From a bacterium (lineage in GTDB: Bacteria; JADJOY01), in contig JAXLQJ010000023.1 of the NCBI GenBank assembly GCA_046331705.1, forward strand, positions 1 through 64,000: DNA of 64,000 nt. The letters are read 5' to 3'. Shown piece after piece: positions 22,313 through 30,531 of this stretch. Under the pieces are notes generated by a model, which saw only the letters and a list, made by a program, of their open reading frames with translations, did not search any database and had not been told where the DNA came from. The first letter of the stretch is position 1, and each line of letters opens with the position of its first letter. The translations under genes were made by a program, and so were the position numbers.

Positions 22313-23185
22313 ATGGCCGACCACCCCACCATCGCGGAAGAGCTCGGCTTCGCGCCCGACGCGAAGCTCTTGATCATCAACGCCGACGATTCCGGGCTCT
22401 GCCACAGCGCCAACATGGCGACCCTGCGCGCCCTCGAGATGGGCGCGATCACCACCACCACGGCCATGCCGCCGTGCCCGTGGTTCGCGGAGATGGCGAG
22501 CATCGCCGCCGCCAATCCCGAGCTCGACGTGGGTCTGCATCTCACGGTGAACTGCGAGTGGCGGCGCTATCGGTGGGCGCCGGTCGCAGGTGCGCGCGCG
22601 GTGCCGAGCCTGGTCGGCCCCGAAGGCTTCTTCTGGGCCAGCGAGGAAGAGACCGTCGCGTACGGCACCGTCGAGGACGTGAAGACCGAGGTCCGCGCCC
22701 AGATCGAGCGCGCGCTCGCGCTCGGCATGCTGCCGACCCACATCGACAATCACATGGGCCCGCTCCACTATCGGCAGGACTTCTTCGAGGCGATGGTCGA
22801 GATCGGGCACGAGTACGGACTGCCGGCGCGGGTGCCCTTCTATCACGAGGTCGCGGCGGCTCACGACATGCCCTGCATCCAGTCGTTCGGCATGTACTAC
22901 AGCCCCGAGGGCGGCAAAGCGGCGAAGTTCGAGCTCTACGAAGCGCACCTCGCCAACCTGGCCCCCGGCGTCCACGAGATCGCGGTTCACCTCGCGGACG
23001 ACACCGACGAATGGCGCGAGCTCTGCTACGTGGCGGTCGACGATCATCCCTGGGAAGACCGCATCTTCGATTACGAGTACGTGACCGCGCCGTCCACGCA
23101 ACAGCGGCTGGAAGAGCTGGGGATCCAGCTGCTCGGTTATCGCGCGCTCCAAGATCTCTGGAAGAAGCGGCTCGCCGCGAAGTGA
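22313..23185 (+). CDS. ChbG/YdjC family carbohydrate deacetylase
   Basis: LIINADD, GLHLT, PTHIDNHM. Confidence 0.9.
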   Translation: MADHPTIAEELGFAPDAKLLIINADDSGLCHSANMATLRALEMGAITTTTAMPPCPWFAEMASIAAANPELDVGLHLTVNCEWRRYRWAPVAGARAVPSLVGPEGFFWASEEETVAYGTVEDVKTEVRAQIERALALGMLPTHIDNHMGPLHYRQDFFEAMVEIGHEYGLPARVPFYHEVAAAHDMPCIQSFGMYYSPEGGKAAKFELYEAHLANLAPGVHEIAVHLADDTDEWRELCYVAVDDHPWEDRIFDYEYVTAPSTQQRLEELGIQLLGYRALQDLWKKRLAAK

Positions 23186-23291
23186 CGCGCGCCACCGCGC
23201 GCGGGTCGCGCCGCCGCCCGGGATCGCAGGTTTCCGTGTCATTCGCGCCGCTGCCGATGCGTCCTCGCCGGTCCCCGCGCTCGGAGCTCAC

Positions 23292-24236
23292 GTGAAGGCG
23301 GGTTGGACGGAGATCGTGCTCTGCGTGGCGCCGGACGTGGCGGACGACGCCGCGTATCTCTTGACCGAGCTCGGCGCCGAAGGGGCGTGGCAGGAGCTGG
23401 GCGTCGAGGATCGGGGCTCGGTGGAGATCCGCGCCTACGTGCGCCCCGACGCCGACGCGTCGGCGATCGTTGCCGAGATCGAGCGCCATGCGGCGAGTTG
23501 GTTGCGCGCGCCGGTGCTGGCGCGGCCGCTGGTCGAGCGACCGTGGGCGGAGATGTGGAAGAAGCATTTCCGGCCCCAGCAGGTGGCGCCGGGCCTGTGG
23601 ATCGCACGCCCACGCGCGCGGGTGCCCATGGGGCGCGGCGACCACTGCGTGCGCATCGAGCCCGCCAACGCGTTCGGTACCGGGCTCCACGGCAGCACTC
23701 GCGTGTGCCTCCGCCATCTGCGCCGCTTGGCTGGCGACGGCAAGGGTGCCCGCATTCCGGCGGTCCTCGACGTCGGGACCGGCAGCGGAGTGCTGGCGAT
23801 CGCCGCGCTCTTGCTCGGCGTGCCCGCGGCGATCGGCGTCGATGCCGACGTCGAGAGTGTCCGCGAGGCGCGCCGCAACGCGCGCCGCAATCGGGTGGCG
23901 GACAAGCTGGCGCTGGTCGCGGGCGGGCCCGAGGTGGTGCGCGGGTCGTATCCGCTGGTGCTCGCGAACCTCACCGCGCCCACCCTGGCCGCGCTCGCGG
24001 ACGTGCTCGACGCGCGCGTCGATCGCGCCCGCGGCACGCTGATCGTCGCGGGGATCACGCGCAGCGAGGAGGACGAGGTGCGGCGCCTCTTCGCGAAGCG
24101 CGGATTGGTCGCGAGCGCGCCGCTTCGGGATGGCGATTGGTCGTCCTTCGCGCTGCGTCGCAAGCCGCGACCCGTCGCGCGTCGGCGCTCCGCCAGCACG
24201 CCGGCCCGAAGCAGCGCTCGGGGGAAACGCCGATGA
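23292..24236 (+). CDS. prmA: Ribosomal protein L11 methyltransferase
   Basis: AFGTGLHGST, VLDVGTGSGVLAI, LANL; directly upstream of rsmE. Confidence 0.9.
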   Translation: MKAGWTEIVLCVAPDVADDAAYLLTELGAEGAWQELGVEDRGSVEIRAYVRPDADASAIVAEIERHAASWLRAPVLARPLVERPWAEMWKKHFRPQQVAPGLWIARPRARVPMGRGDHCVRIEPANAFGTGLHGSTRVCLRHLRRLAGDGKGARIPAVLDVGTGSGVLAIAALLLGVPAAIGVDADVESVREARRNARRNRVADKLALVAGGPEVVRGSYPLVLANLTAPTLAALADVLDARVDRARGTLIVAGITRSEEDEVRRLFAKRGLVASAPLRDGDWSSFALRRKPRPVARRRSASTPARSSARGKRR

Positions 24237-25075
24237 AGCTCCGCCGTTTTCGCATCGACGCGACGGCCGTTCACGGCGGCACGGCGCTGCTCGAGGGAGA
24301 CGCGGCCCATCACGTGCGCCACGTGCTTCGACTCAAGCCCGGTCAGACCCTCGAGCTCTTCGATGGCTCCGGCAACGAGTGGGTGGGCCAGGTCGACAAG
24401 CTCGAGAAGCACCGCGTGCTGGTGCGGATCGAGGCGCACCAGTTCACCGCGCCCCGCGAGGAGGGACCGCGGGTGGTGCTGCTCTTCTCGCTGGCGCGCG
24501 GCTCGCACACCGACCTCGCGATCCAGAAGGTGACCGAGCTGGGGGTCTCCGAGGTGCGTCTCTTCGTGAGCGAGCGCACCGTGGCCGTGCCGCGGCCCGG
24601 CGGCGATCCGGTGCGCATCGATCGGCTGGAGCGGATCGCCGCGGACGCGGCGCGCCAGTCCGGACGAGCCCACGTCCCGCCCGTGCTCAGCCCGGTGCCC
24701 TTTCGCGACGCGCTCGAGGCGCTGCCGGGGGGCGAGACGCGCCTGATGCTGTGGGAGCGCGAGCACGAGCTGCCGCTCGCGCGGGCGCTCGCCGAGTGGG
24801 ACCCCACCCGCGCGCTGGTGCTGCTGGTGGGTCCCGAGGGCGGGTTCACCGACGACGAGGCCGACCTCGCGAAGCGCGCGGGCTTCGCCACGGTGCACGT
24901 CGGTCCGTTCATCCTGCGAACCGAGACCGCGGCGATCGCCGCCGTCGCCGCTGCCCGGATCTTGGTACCGGAGGCAGGCGGCGCCCTCGGGCGGCGCGAC
25001 GGCGCACAGGACGTCGGTTTCCCGGACCAGTCGAGCCTCGACGGACCGGAATCCGCCGAGATCCTGCCCGACTAG
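24233..25075 (+). CDS. rsmE: 16S rRNA m3U1498 methyltransferase
   Basis: HHVRHVLRL, QKVTELGV, VGPEGGF, ILRTETAAI; ATGA overlap with prmA. Confidence 0.93.
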   Translation: MKLRRFRIDATAVHGGTALLEGDAAHHVRHVLRLKPGQTLELFDGSGNEWVGQVDKLEKHRVLVRIEAHQFTAPREEGPRVVLLFSLARGSHTDLAIQKVTELGVSEVRLFVSERTVAVPRPGGDPVRIDRLERIAADAARQSGRAHVPPVLSPVPFRDALEALPGGETRLMLWEREHELPLARALAEWDPTRALVLLVGPEGGFTDDEADLAKRAGFATVHVGPFILRTETAAIAAVAAARILVPEAGGALGRRDGAQDVGFPDQSSLDGPESAEILPD

Positions 25076-25132
25076 GACCCGGTTGCGGTCGTGCTTCGGA
25101 CCGCGCCAGGCTCCTCCCACCCGGGTCTTCTT
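25076..25132 (+). terminator. Possible terminator / nested hairpin after rsmE
   Basis: GACCCGG (25076-82) pairs with CCGGGTC (25121-27) around an inner GCGGTC/GACCGC hairpin; followed by TTCTT. Confidence 0.35.
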
Positions 25133-25304
25133 GGGGGGGCTGAACGCCACGCCGTCTCGCCATCGCTCGACTAGGGTTCGCTGATCGAGGCCACCACTAG
25201 GGGTTGGGGGTGCGATCGCCCAGGACGAGGTGGACAGGGGGATGGAATCGAATATCCCTAGGAATTCCCGTAGCCCGGCGCCAATCTCTTCGAGCAAATT
25301 CTTC

Positions 25305-25333
25305 TTGACCGGTCGCAAACGCTTGGCTACGCT
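25305..25333 (+). promoter_or_regulatory. Sigma70-type promoter for the RDD gene
   Basis: TTGACC-N17-TACGCT. Confidence 0.6.
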
Positions 25334-25371
25334 GCCTTCGCACTCTCTGACACACGCGCACGCCTCCATCC

Positions 25372-27390
25372 GTGTCCAGAAGAAACCGCGGCAAGCGACC
25401 GGGTCCGGACGGGGCTAGTCCCCCGCCCGGGTTGAATCTCGACGGCATCGTCGAGATGACCTGGGAAATGCCCAAGGTCAGCCGTCCGGCTGGCCCGCGC
25501 GTGGTCGAGCCCGCCAAGCCCGAGGACCGCTTCGGGCGTGACGACGAGCGGGAACCGGATCTGTTCGCGGCGCTGACTCCGGCCCCGCGCCCGCCGCGAA
25601 GCAACCCGCCGGAAGCGCCGGCTCGCCCCAAATCGCCGAGCAGCCTGCTCGCGCGCGCCAACGAGCAGGCCAAGCTGGACGAGGTCGACCTCGACGTCCC
25701 CACGTTCGATCGGCGCGGGGTGCGGCCGAGCTTCGACGCGGCAGGCGACGACCAGCGCGCTGCCGCCGAGCGCGATGATCGTCCGTCGCGCCGCGACGCG
25801 AACGGACCGACGGCCACGCCCGTCGCTCGGGACCTCGCGAGCGACGGCTTCGATCCCGACGAGCACGAGCCGTCGATCTTCGACTCCGGGCTCGGCCTCC
25901 CCGTCGCCAAGCCGCAGGACGTGCCGGTCAGCGCCGAGCGTCCCGCCGAACGAGCCTCCGAGCCACCGCGAGTGAGCGCACCCGCGCGAAGCGCGGCACC
26001 GCCCGCGGTTCAAGACACCGACGCCGACGACGATTTTCCCTTCCATTCGTCGTCCGCCGACCCCAACGCGCTCGACACCATCGCCTATCTCACCAACGAG
26101 CTCGCGGGCCACATCGCCGCGTTCGACGAGCGGGCGACCTCCGCGCGTGAGACCCGCGACACCGCCGTCGGCGCCGCCGACCGCGAGGACGCACGGACCT
26201 GGGTGGACGTCGCCGACACGCAGATCGACGATCCCGACATCGCGCGACTTCGGCGCGAAGCGGATGCCTTCGATCTGGATCTCGAGGCCGCACCCGCGCA
26301 AGCCGCGGAAACGGAGCGCGGGCGCGCCGCCGAGCCCGCGATCGTGGTGCCGGCCACCGCGCACGCCAGCGAGCCCGCCGTGATCGATGCCGACGAGGCC
26401 GATCACCCGATGCCGCGCGGGCCCGCAATCGCCACGTTCGTGATCGAGCGTGTCGCCCCCGCCCCGGCCGAGCGCGAGGCACCCGAGGCGCGTGAGCGTG
26501 CCGCGGACGGTGCCGCGCGAGGTGGCGAGCGCGTCGCCATCGACTGGGACGAGCTGCGCGCCGCGCGCGCCCGCGACTGGGACGCCTTCGAAGCGGGGAG
26601 CGCGCCGCGAATCGCCGAAACGGCTCGCCCCGCCGAGCCCGAGCGGGAGCCCGTCGTCGAGCCCCGCCGCCGCGTCGCCCGCCCGATCGAGACGTTCGCG
26701 GAAGCGGGCATCCAGCCCCCGCGCGCGGCCAGCGCCAGCCGGGTCGAGCCCGTGAGCAACCTCGCCGCCGAGGCGCCCCGCGTCCGTCCGCCGCAGCCCG
26801 CGGTCGAGGCCCGCGCCACGCCACCGGCGCGCTGGCTCGATGCCGAGTCGCCCAGAGTGGCGCGGCACGGATGGAACGAGGTCACCGAGCCCGACCTGCT
26901 CGACGAGATGGACGACGCCGTCGACGGCCACGTCGAAACGCAGGAGGAGCTGGCGCCGTTCACCGCGCGCTCGCTCGCGTTCGCCATCGACATCGCGATC
27001 GTCGCATCCACGGCAATCGTCGCCGTGCTCCTCGGCGTGATCGCGTTCGGCGCCACCGAATACCAGCGCATCGACTTCGTGCACAGCTTCGGCGTCCTCG
27101 ACGATGCCTTCAACTACCTCTTGGTGCTGATCGGCGTTGTCTACTTCACGGCCTCCCACGCCTGGACCGGCGCCACGCTCGGCAAAGCGCTGCTCGGCCT
27201 GCAAGTGCTGCGAGCCGATCGCAGCGGCCCACCGAACATCGGCTGGTCCCTGGCGCGGACGGCGATGTACCTGCCGTCGTCGATCCTCGGCCTCGGCTTC
27301 CTGTGGGCGCTCAAGGGGCCACGGCGCGCCTGGCACGACCTCGTCGCGCGCACGGTGGTCGTCCGGACCCACCCGCCCGATCCGGGCTGA
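25372..27390 (+). CDS. RDD family protein with long acidic, disordered N-terminus
   Basis: C-terminal RSLAFAID...GATLGKALLGLQV...RAWHDLVART; about 520 aa of low-complexity sequence before it. Confidence 0.85.
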   Translation: MSRRNRGKRPGPDGASPPPGLNLDGIVEMTWEMPKVSRPAGPRVVEPAKPEDRFGRDDEREPDLFAALTPAPRPPRSNPPEAPARPKSPSSLLARANEQAKLDEVDLDVPTFDRRGVRPSFDAAGDDQRAAAERDDRPSRRDANGPTATPVARDLASDGFDPDEHEPSIFDSGLGLPVAKPQDVPVSAERPAERASEPPRVSAPARSAAPPAVQDTDADDDFPFHSSSADPNALDTIAYLTNELAGHIAAFDERATSARETRDTAVGAADREDARTWVDVADTQIDDPDIARLRREADAFDLDLEAAPAQAAETERGRAAEPAIVVPATAHASEPAVIDADEADHPMPRGPAIATFVIERVAPAPAEREAPEARERAADGAARGGERVAIDWDELRAARARDWDAFEAGSAPRIAETARPAEPEREPVVEPRRRVARPIETFAEAGIQPPRAASASRVEPVSNLAAEAPRVRPPQPAVEARATPPARWLDAESPRVARHGWNEVTEPDLLDEMDDAVDGHVETQEELAPFTARSLAFAIDIAIVASTAIVAVLLGVIAFGATEYQRIDFVHSFGVLDDAFNYLLVLIGVVYFTASHAWTGATLGKALLGLQVLRADRSGPPNIGWSLARTAMYLPSSILGLGFLWALKGPRRAWHDLVARTVVVRTHPPDPG

Positions 27391-27452
27391 TCCCGCGCGC
27401 GCCGTCGGAGTCGGCTCCGACACGCGACACGAGCGCGCGTACGACGCGATCC

Positions 27453-27482
27453 TTGACGCGCAACTCACGCGCTCACTACGCT
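27453..27482 (+). promoter_or_regulatory. Sigma70-type promoter for tRNA-Phe
   Basis: TTGACG-N18-TACGCT about 50 nt upstream of the tRNA; same -10 hexamer as at 25328. Confidence 0.55.
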
Positions 27483-27532
27483 CGCGCCTCTCGCGTCGAC
27501 CACCCGAGTCGCGGGCGAGCGAGCGACACAAC

Positions 27533-27608
27533 GGCCAGGTAGCTCAGTCGGTAGAGCAGGGGACTGAAAATCCCCGTGTCGGCGGTTCGATTCCGTCCCT
27601 GGCCACCA
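27533..27608 (+). tRNA. tRNA-Phe (GAA)
   Basis: 76-nt cloverleaf GGCCAGG...CCTGGCC-ACCA; D-arm AGCTCAGTCGGTAGAGC; anticodon loop CTGAAAA; GGTTCGATT T-loop; encoded CCA. Confidence 0.98.
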
Positions 27609-27883
27609 GATCCTGAAGGATGTCGGTCCGTTGAAGCCGAGTTGGACGCGGCTGGGAACGCGACTTCCTACGCCCCTGAGTTGCGGTGGTTTGCTCCATG
27701 CAGGCCGCTCGACTCTCGGTGGGGCGGCAATGCTGACGTAGAGGCTCGAGGGCGCCGTGCCCACAGCGCCGCCCGCCAAGCCGTCCCGGATTGCTCGCGG
27801 GAGCGCAGCGAGCTGATCGCGATCATCCGAGCGTGCTCGATCGGTTCTGCACCCCCGCCCCTCCCCGAAGGGGACACCGGTCG

Positions 27884-27903
27884 TGATATCGCTTGTGATA
27901 TCA
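27884..27903. promoter_or_regulatory. Putative FitA-type antitoxin operator
   Basis: Perfect inverted repeat TGATATC-N6-GATATCA, 45 nt upstream of the RHH antitoxin. Confidence 0.65.
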
Positions 27904-27948
27904 TCAGCGCGTAACCAACCCGCCGCAGCGTGTTCGAGGGGACCGCCC

Positions 27949-28182
27949 ATGGCTCAAGTGATCGTTCGGAAGCTCGATGATCGGGTCAAGCACGCACTGG
28001 AGCGCCGCGCGAAGTCGAGGGGCGTCTCCCTCGAAGAGGAGCTGCGGCGGGTGCTCACTGCTGCGATCGAGCGGGAGACCGAGGAGGTCCTGAGGGACTC
28101 CGCTCGCCTGCGTTCGATGACCAACCGCCACCGCCAGACCGACAGCACCGATCTCATCCGTGCCGATCGGGATGCTCGATGA
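27949..28182 (+). CDS. FitA-like ribbon-helix-helix antitoxin
   Basis: MAQVIVRKLDDRVKHALERRAKSRGVSLEEELRRVL; overlaps the PIN toxin start. Confidence 0.9.
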   Translation: MAQVIVRKLDDRVKHALERRAKSRGVSLEEELRRVLTAAIERETEEVLRDSARLRSMTNRHRQTDSTDLIRADRDAR

Positions 28183-28592
28183 CCCTCGTCATCGACGCGA
28201 GCGTGGCCTTCAAGTGGTTCGTGGAAGAGCCGGACTCCGATGCTGCACAGCGCATCCTCGAGCGAGAGCCGGCGCGCATCGCGCCCGATCTCGTCCTCCT
28301 CGAGATCGCGAACACGGCCTGGAAGAAGGAGCAGCGGGGTGAGATCTCGCCGGATCACGCGACCGCGATCGTCGAGTCGGCGCCCCGCTTCTTCACACGC
28401 CTGGTACCGGCTGCGACGCTCCTCGAACGCGCGCTCGGAGTCGCTCGCGTGCTCGGCCATCCGGTTTACGACTGCGTCTACCTGGCGCTCGCCGAGGTCG
28501 AGCAGGCTCGCTTGGTCACGGCGGATCGGCGGCTTGCGGGACGCGTCGCCGGCACCCGGTGGTCGCGGAAGGTGCGTCCACTGGTCCGGTAG
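28179..28592 (+). CDS. vapC: VapC/PIN domain toxin
   Basis: VIDASVAFKWF, EIANT, VYDCVYLALA, LVTADRRL. Confidence 0.92.
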   Translation: MTLVIDASVAFKWFVEEPDSDAAQRILEREPARIAPDLVLLEIANTAWKKEQRGEISPDHATAIVESAPRFFTRLVPAATLLERALGVARVLGHPVYDCVYLALAEVEQARLVTADRRLAGRVAGTRWSRKVRPLVR

Positions 28593-28657
28593 TGGCCTCA
28601 CGGCGATCGCATTCGGCAGCCCCAGCCGGTATCCCTCGTGCGTGGGCCGGGCAAAGG

Positions 28658-28817
28658 AATCGCAGCCTCGCAAGATTCCGGTTTCCCTGGCACGATCTGC
28701 CCCAGGCAACCGCAGCCAACGTCAAGTGAGCCCAACGTCGGTCGACCCGGACTCCCTCCGGATGCGGTCCAACCATCTGAGGGCCACCCGAACCACGAAC
28801 CGAGAGACGTCGAGCGC
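28658..28817. repeat. Direct repeat copy 1 (about 160 bp, includes the 3' end of an HTH remnant)
   Basis: Similar to 30141-30309; 27 bp identical core GAGGGCCACCCGAACCACGAACCGAGA (28779-28805 = 30271-30297). Confidence 0.85.
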
Positions 28818-28935
28818 ACGCCCGATGCCGGTGAGCGTCATGCCAATGGTCCGGCGCCGACTCGCCGTCGAGGTTCGTGCGCCTCGCGGGTCGCCCGCGA
28901 GGGATCCGCGCAACGTAGCGCCGCGGACGGACTTC

Positions 28936-29367
28936 CTAAACTGACGGACTGCGTGAGCCGACCCAGTTCTCCACCACGAGGTCCGGGATCCGTCGGAAGT
29001 GAGCCTCGTTGTTGGTGACGACCGCGAGTCCGTGAACCAGGGCCGACGCTGCGATGAGGATGTCGGCGTCGCCGACGAGTCATCCGCGTTGTTTGAGCAC
29101 CGCATAGATCTCGGCGGCGCGCACCACGATCTCGTCGCTCAGCGACACGATCCGGCTTGACCCGCAGAACCGATCGAAAGCCACGATCTGGCGGGATGCG
29201 TTCTTGGCCTTCAGGCCGCGGAGGATCTCGTAGCGAGTGATGATCGAGATGGTGAACGCGCCGTGCTCAACCAGATAGGCGCGAGCTGGACGAACCACGG
29301 AGGGGTTCCCTCTCATGACCGCGGAGAGGGTGTCCGTGTCGAGCAGTGCTTCGGGCAGGGCCATCAA
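28936..29367 (-). pseudogene. vapC: VapC/PIN toxin with an in-frame TGA
   Basis: LLDTDTLS...LKQRG*LVGDADILIAASALVHGLAVVTNNEAHFRRIPDLVVENW; TGA at 29082-29080, natural TAG at 28938-28936. Confidence 0.88.
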
Positions 29368-29597
29368 TCGGCGGCCGCTCCGAAGAACGCCCGGCGCTTG
29401 GCCATGGCCTCGATTTGGTCGACATCGGCCGCGGAAAGCCCCTCGTAGACACAGCTCGCGAGCGCGAGGATCTCGTCCGCTGGCGCCGTTCCGGCACGCT
29501 CCACGGTCACACGAACGCGCTCGCCCTCCACGAGCTCGAGCGGTTGAACGGGTTTCAAGACCCCATTCTCGAACACGGCATCAAGTGTGGTCGTCAC
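29364..29597 (-). CDS. DUF104/AF2212-like antitoxin
   Basis: DAVFENGVLKPVQPLELVEGERVRVTVE; overlaps the vapC start; TAGACT -10-like element upstream. Confidence 0.88.
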   Translation of the reverse strand: MTTTLDAVFENGVLKPVQPLELVEGERVRVTVERAGTAPADEILALASCVYEGLSAADVDQIEAMAKRRAFFGAAAD

Positions 29598-29680
29598 GGT
29601 GTGTCTCCTACCGAGAGTCTAGCGCAGGCGCGTGCGCCGCGACCGACCGCGGTTGTGGACTACGTCGACCGGGCACGGGA

Positions 29681-29938
29681 TCATCCCGAGTCCCGCGCTT
29701 GCGTGACGCCATCGTCTGGTCGGGGCTCCGGCAGTGATGCGCCGAAGTTGGGGGCGTGATGCTTCCTGATGTCCTCCACCCAGCGCCGAGCCTTCCGAAC
29801 GACGAACCGGGACACGCCGAGCGCCCGCCCGATGTCGGTGAGCGTCATGCCAAGCCCGCGGAGATGCGCGGCTTTCGCAGCGAGCCGTTGATGCGCAGGC
29901 GCGTCATCCGGGTCGAGCAGGACGGTCTCGAGTTGCAC
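29681..29938 (-). CDS. Small HTH protein or remnant
   Basis: AAHLRGLGMTLTDIGRALGVSRFVVRKARRW HTH; partial paralogs near 28780-28850 and 30270-30315. Confidence 0.5.
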   Translation of the reverse strand: MQLETVLLDPDDAPAHQRLAAKAAHLRGLGMTLTDIGRALGVSRFVVRKARRWVEDIRKHHAPNFGASLPEPRPDDGVTQARDSG

Positions 29939-29945
29939 CTCGCCC

Positions 29946-30086
29946 GCGGTTCGAATTCTTTGCGAGCGGGGCCACCAGGTTCCAAGCGAGATCGGTTGGC
30001 TGCTGAGCCGAGGTGGGGCGCGGCTGGCCGAACGGGTTCGTCCAGCCAGGGCGTTCGGCCCTCGGCTCCGTTCAGGTCGCTCGACT
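29946..30086 (+). repeat. Degenerate copy of the tRNA-Phe 3' end and downstream flank (att-like)
   Basis: GCGGTTCGA...GGCCACCAG, then AGCCGAGGTGGGGCGCGGCTGG (cf. 27635-27655) and a 19/22 match of 30065-30086 to 27693-27714. Confidence 0.7.
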
Positions 30087-30140
30087 TGCCCTCGAGCCGA
30101 GCTTGCGGACGCGACTCCCCCGCGGGAGATGGGGCAGCGC

Positions 30141-30309
30141 AATCACAGCCGCGCGAGACTCCGTTTTTCTGGCACGTTTTCGGGCACGGTTCGCCCCAGG
30201 CAACCGTAGCCAACGCCCAGTGCGACCAACGTCGGCAGAACCGGGCGCTTCCAGACGTGTCCAGCCCTCCGAGGGCCACCCGAACCACGAACCGAGACAC
30301 GTCGAGCGC
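30141..30309. repeat. Direct repeat copy 2 (paralog of 28658-28817)
   Basis: Shared blocks and 27 bp identical core with copy 1. Confidence 0.85.
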
Positions 30310-30354
30310 TCTTCCGGCCGGGGCGTCTTGGGGTGCCGAGCCGACCCCTGCGCT

Positions 30355-30515
30355 GTTCGAGCACCGCATCGATCTCGGCGGTCCGCGCCGCGATCTCGTC
30401 ACTCAGCGACACGATCCGGCTCGTCCCGCAAGAACCGATCGATCGCCTCGATCCGGTCGACATCGGCCGCGAAAAGCCCCTCGCCCCACGGTTCGCGAGC
30501 GCGAGGATCTCGCCG
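30355..30515 (-). pseudogene. Fused fragments of the vapC and DUF104 antitoxin genes
   Basis: About 30355-30442 matches 29091-29177 (SRIVSLSDEI); about 30445-30515 matches 29407-29478. Confidence 0.8.
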
Positions 30516-30531
30516 GCCGCCGATCGCCGGC

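Larger units (their letters stand above)
27592..30515. mobile_element. Degenerate tRNA-Phe-associated islet carrying TA modules; no integrase
   Basis: Begins at the tRNA 3' end; two TA pairs, HTH remnants, internal direct repeats and a decayed copy of the tRNA 3' end plus flank at 29946-30086. Confidence 0.65.

Noticed and set aside
29080-29082. Selenocysteine or recoded TGA in vapC
   Set aside because: The position is not a conserved Cys in PIN domains, no SECIS-like hairpin is evident, and TGA is the normal stop across the window
28688-30195. Sigma54 promoters at the TGGCAC sites (about 28688 and 30170; also 65)
   Set aside because: None has GC at the required GG-N10-GC spacing
27609-30530. 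Intact prophage, integrase or IS at tRNA-Phe
   Set aside because: No recombinase, transposase or phage ORF is visible; only remnants
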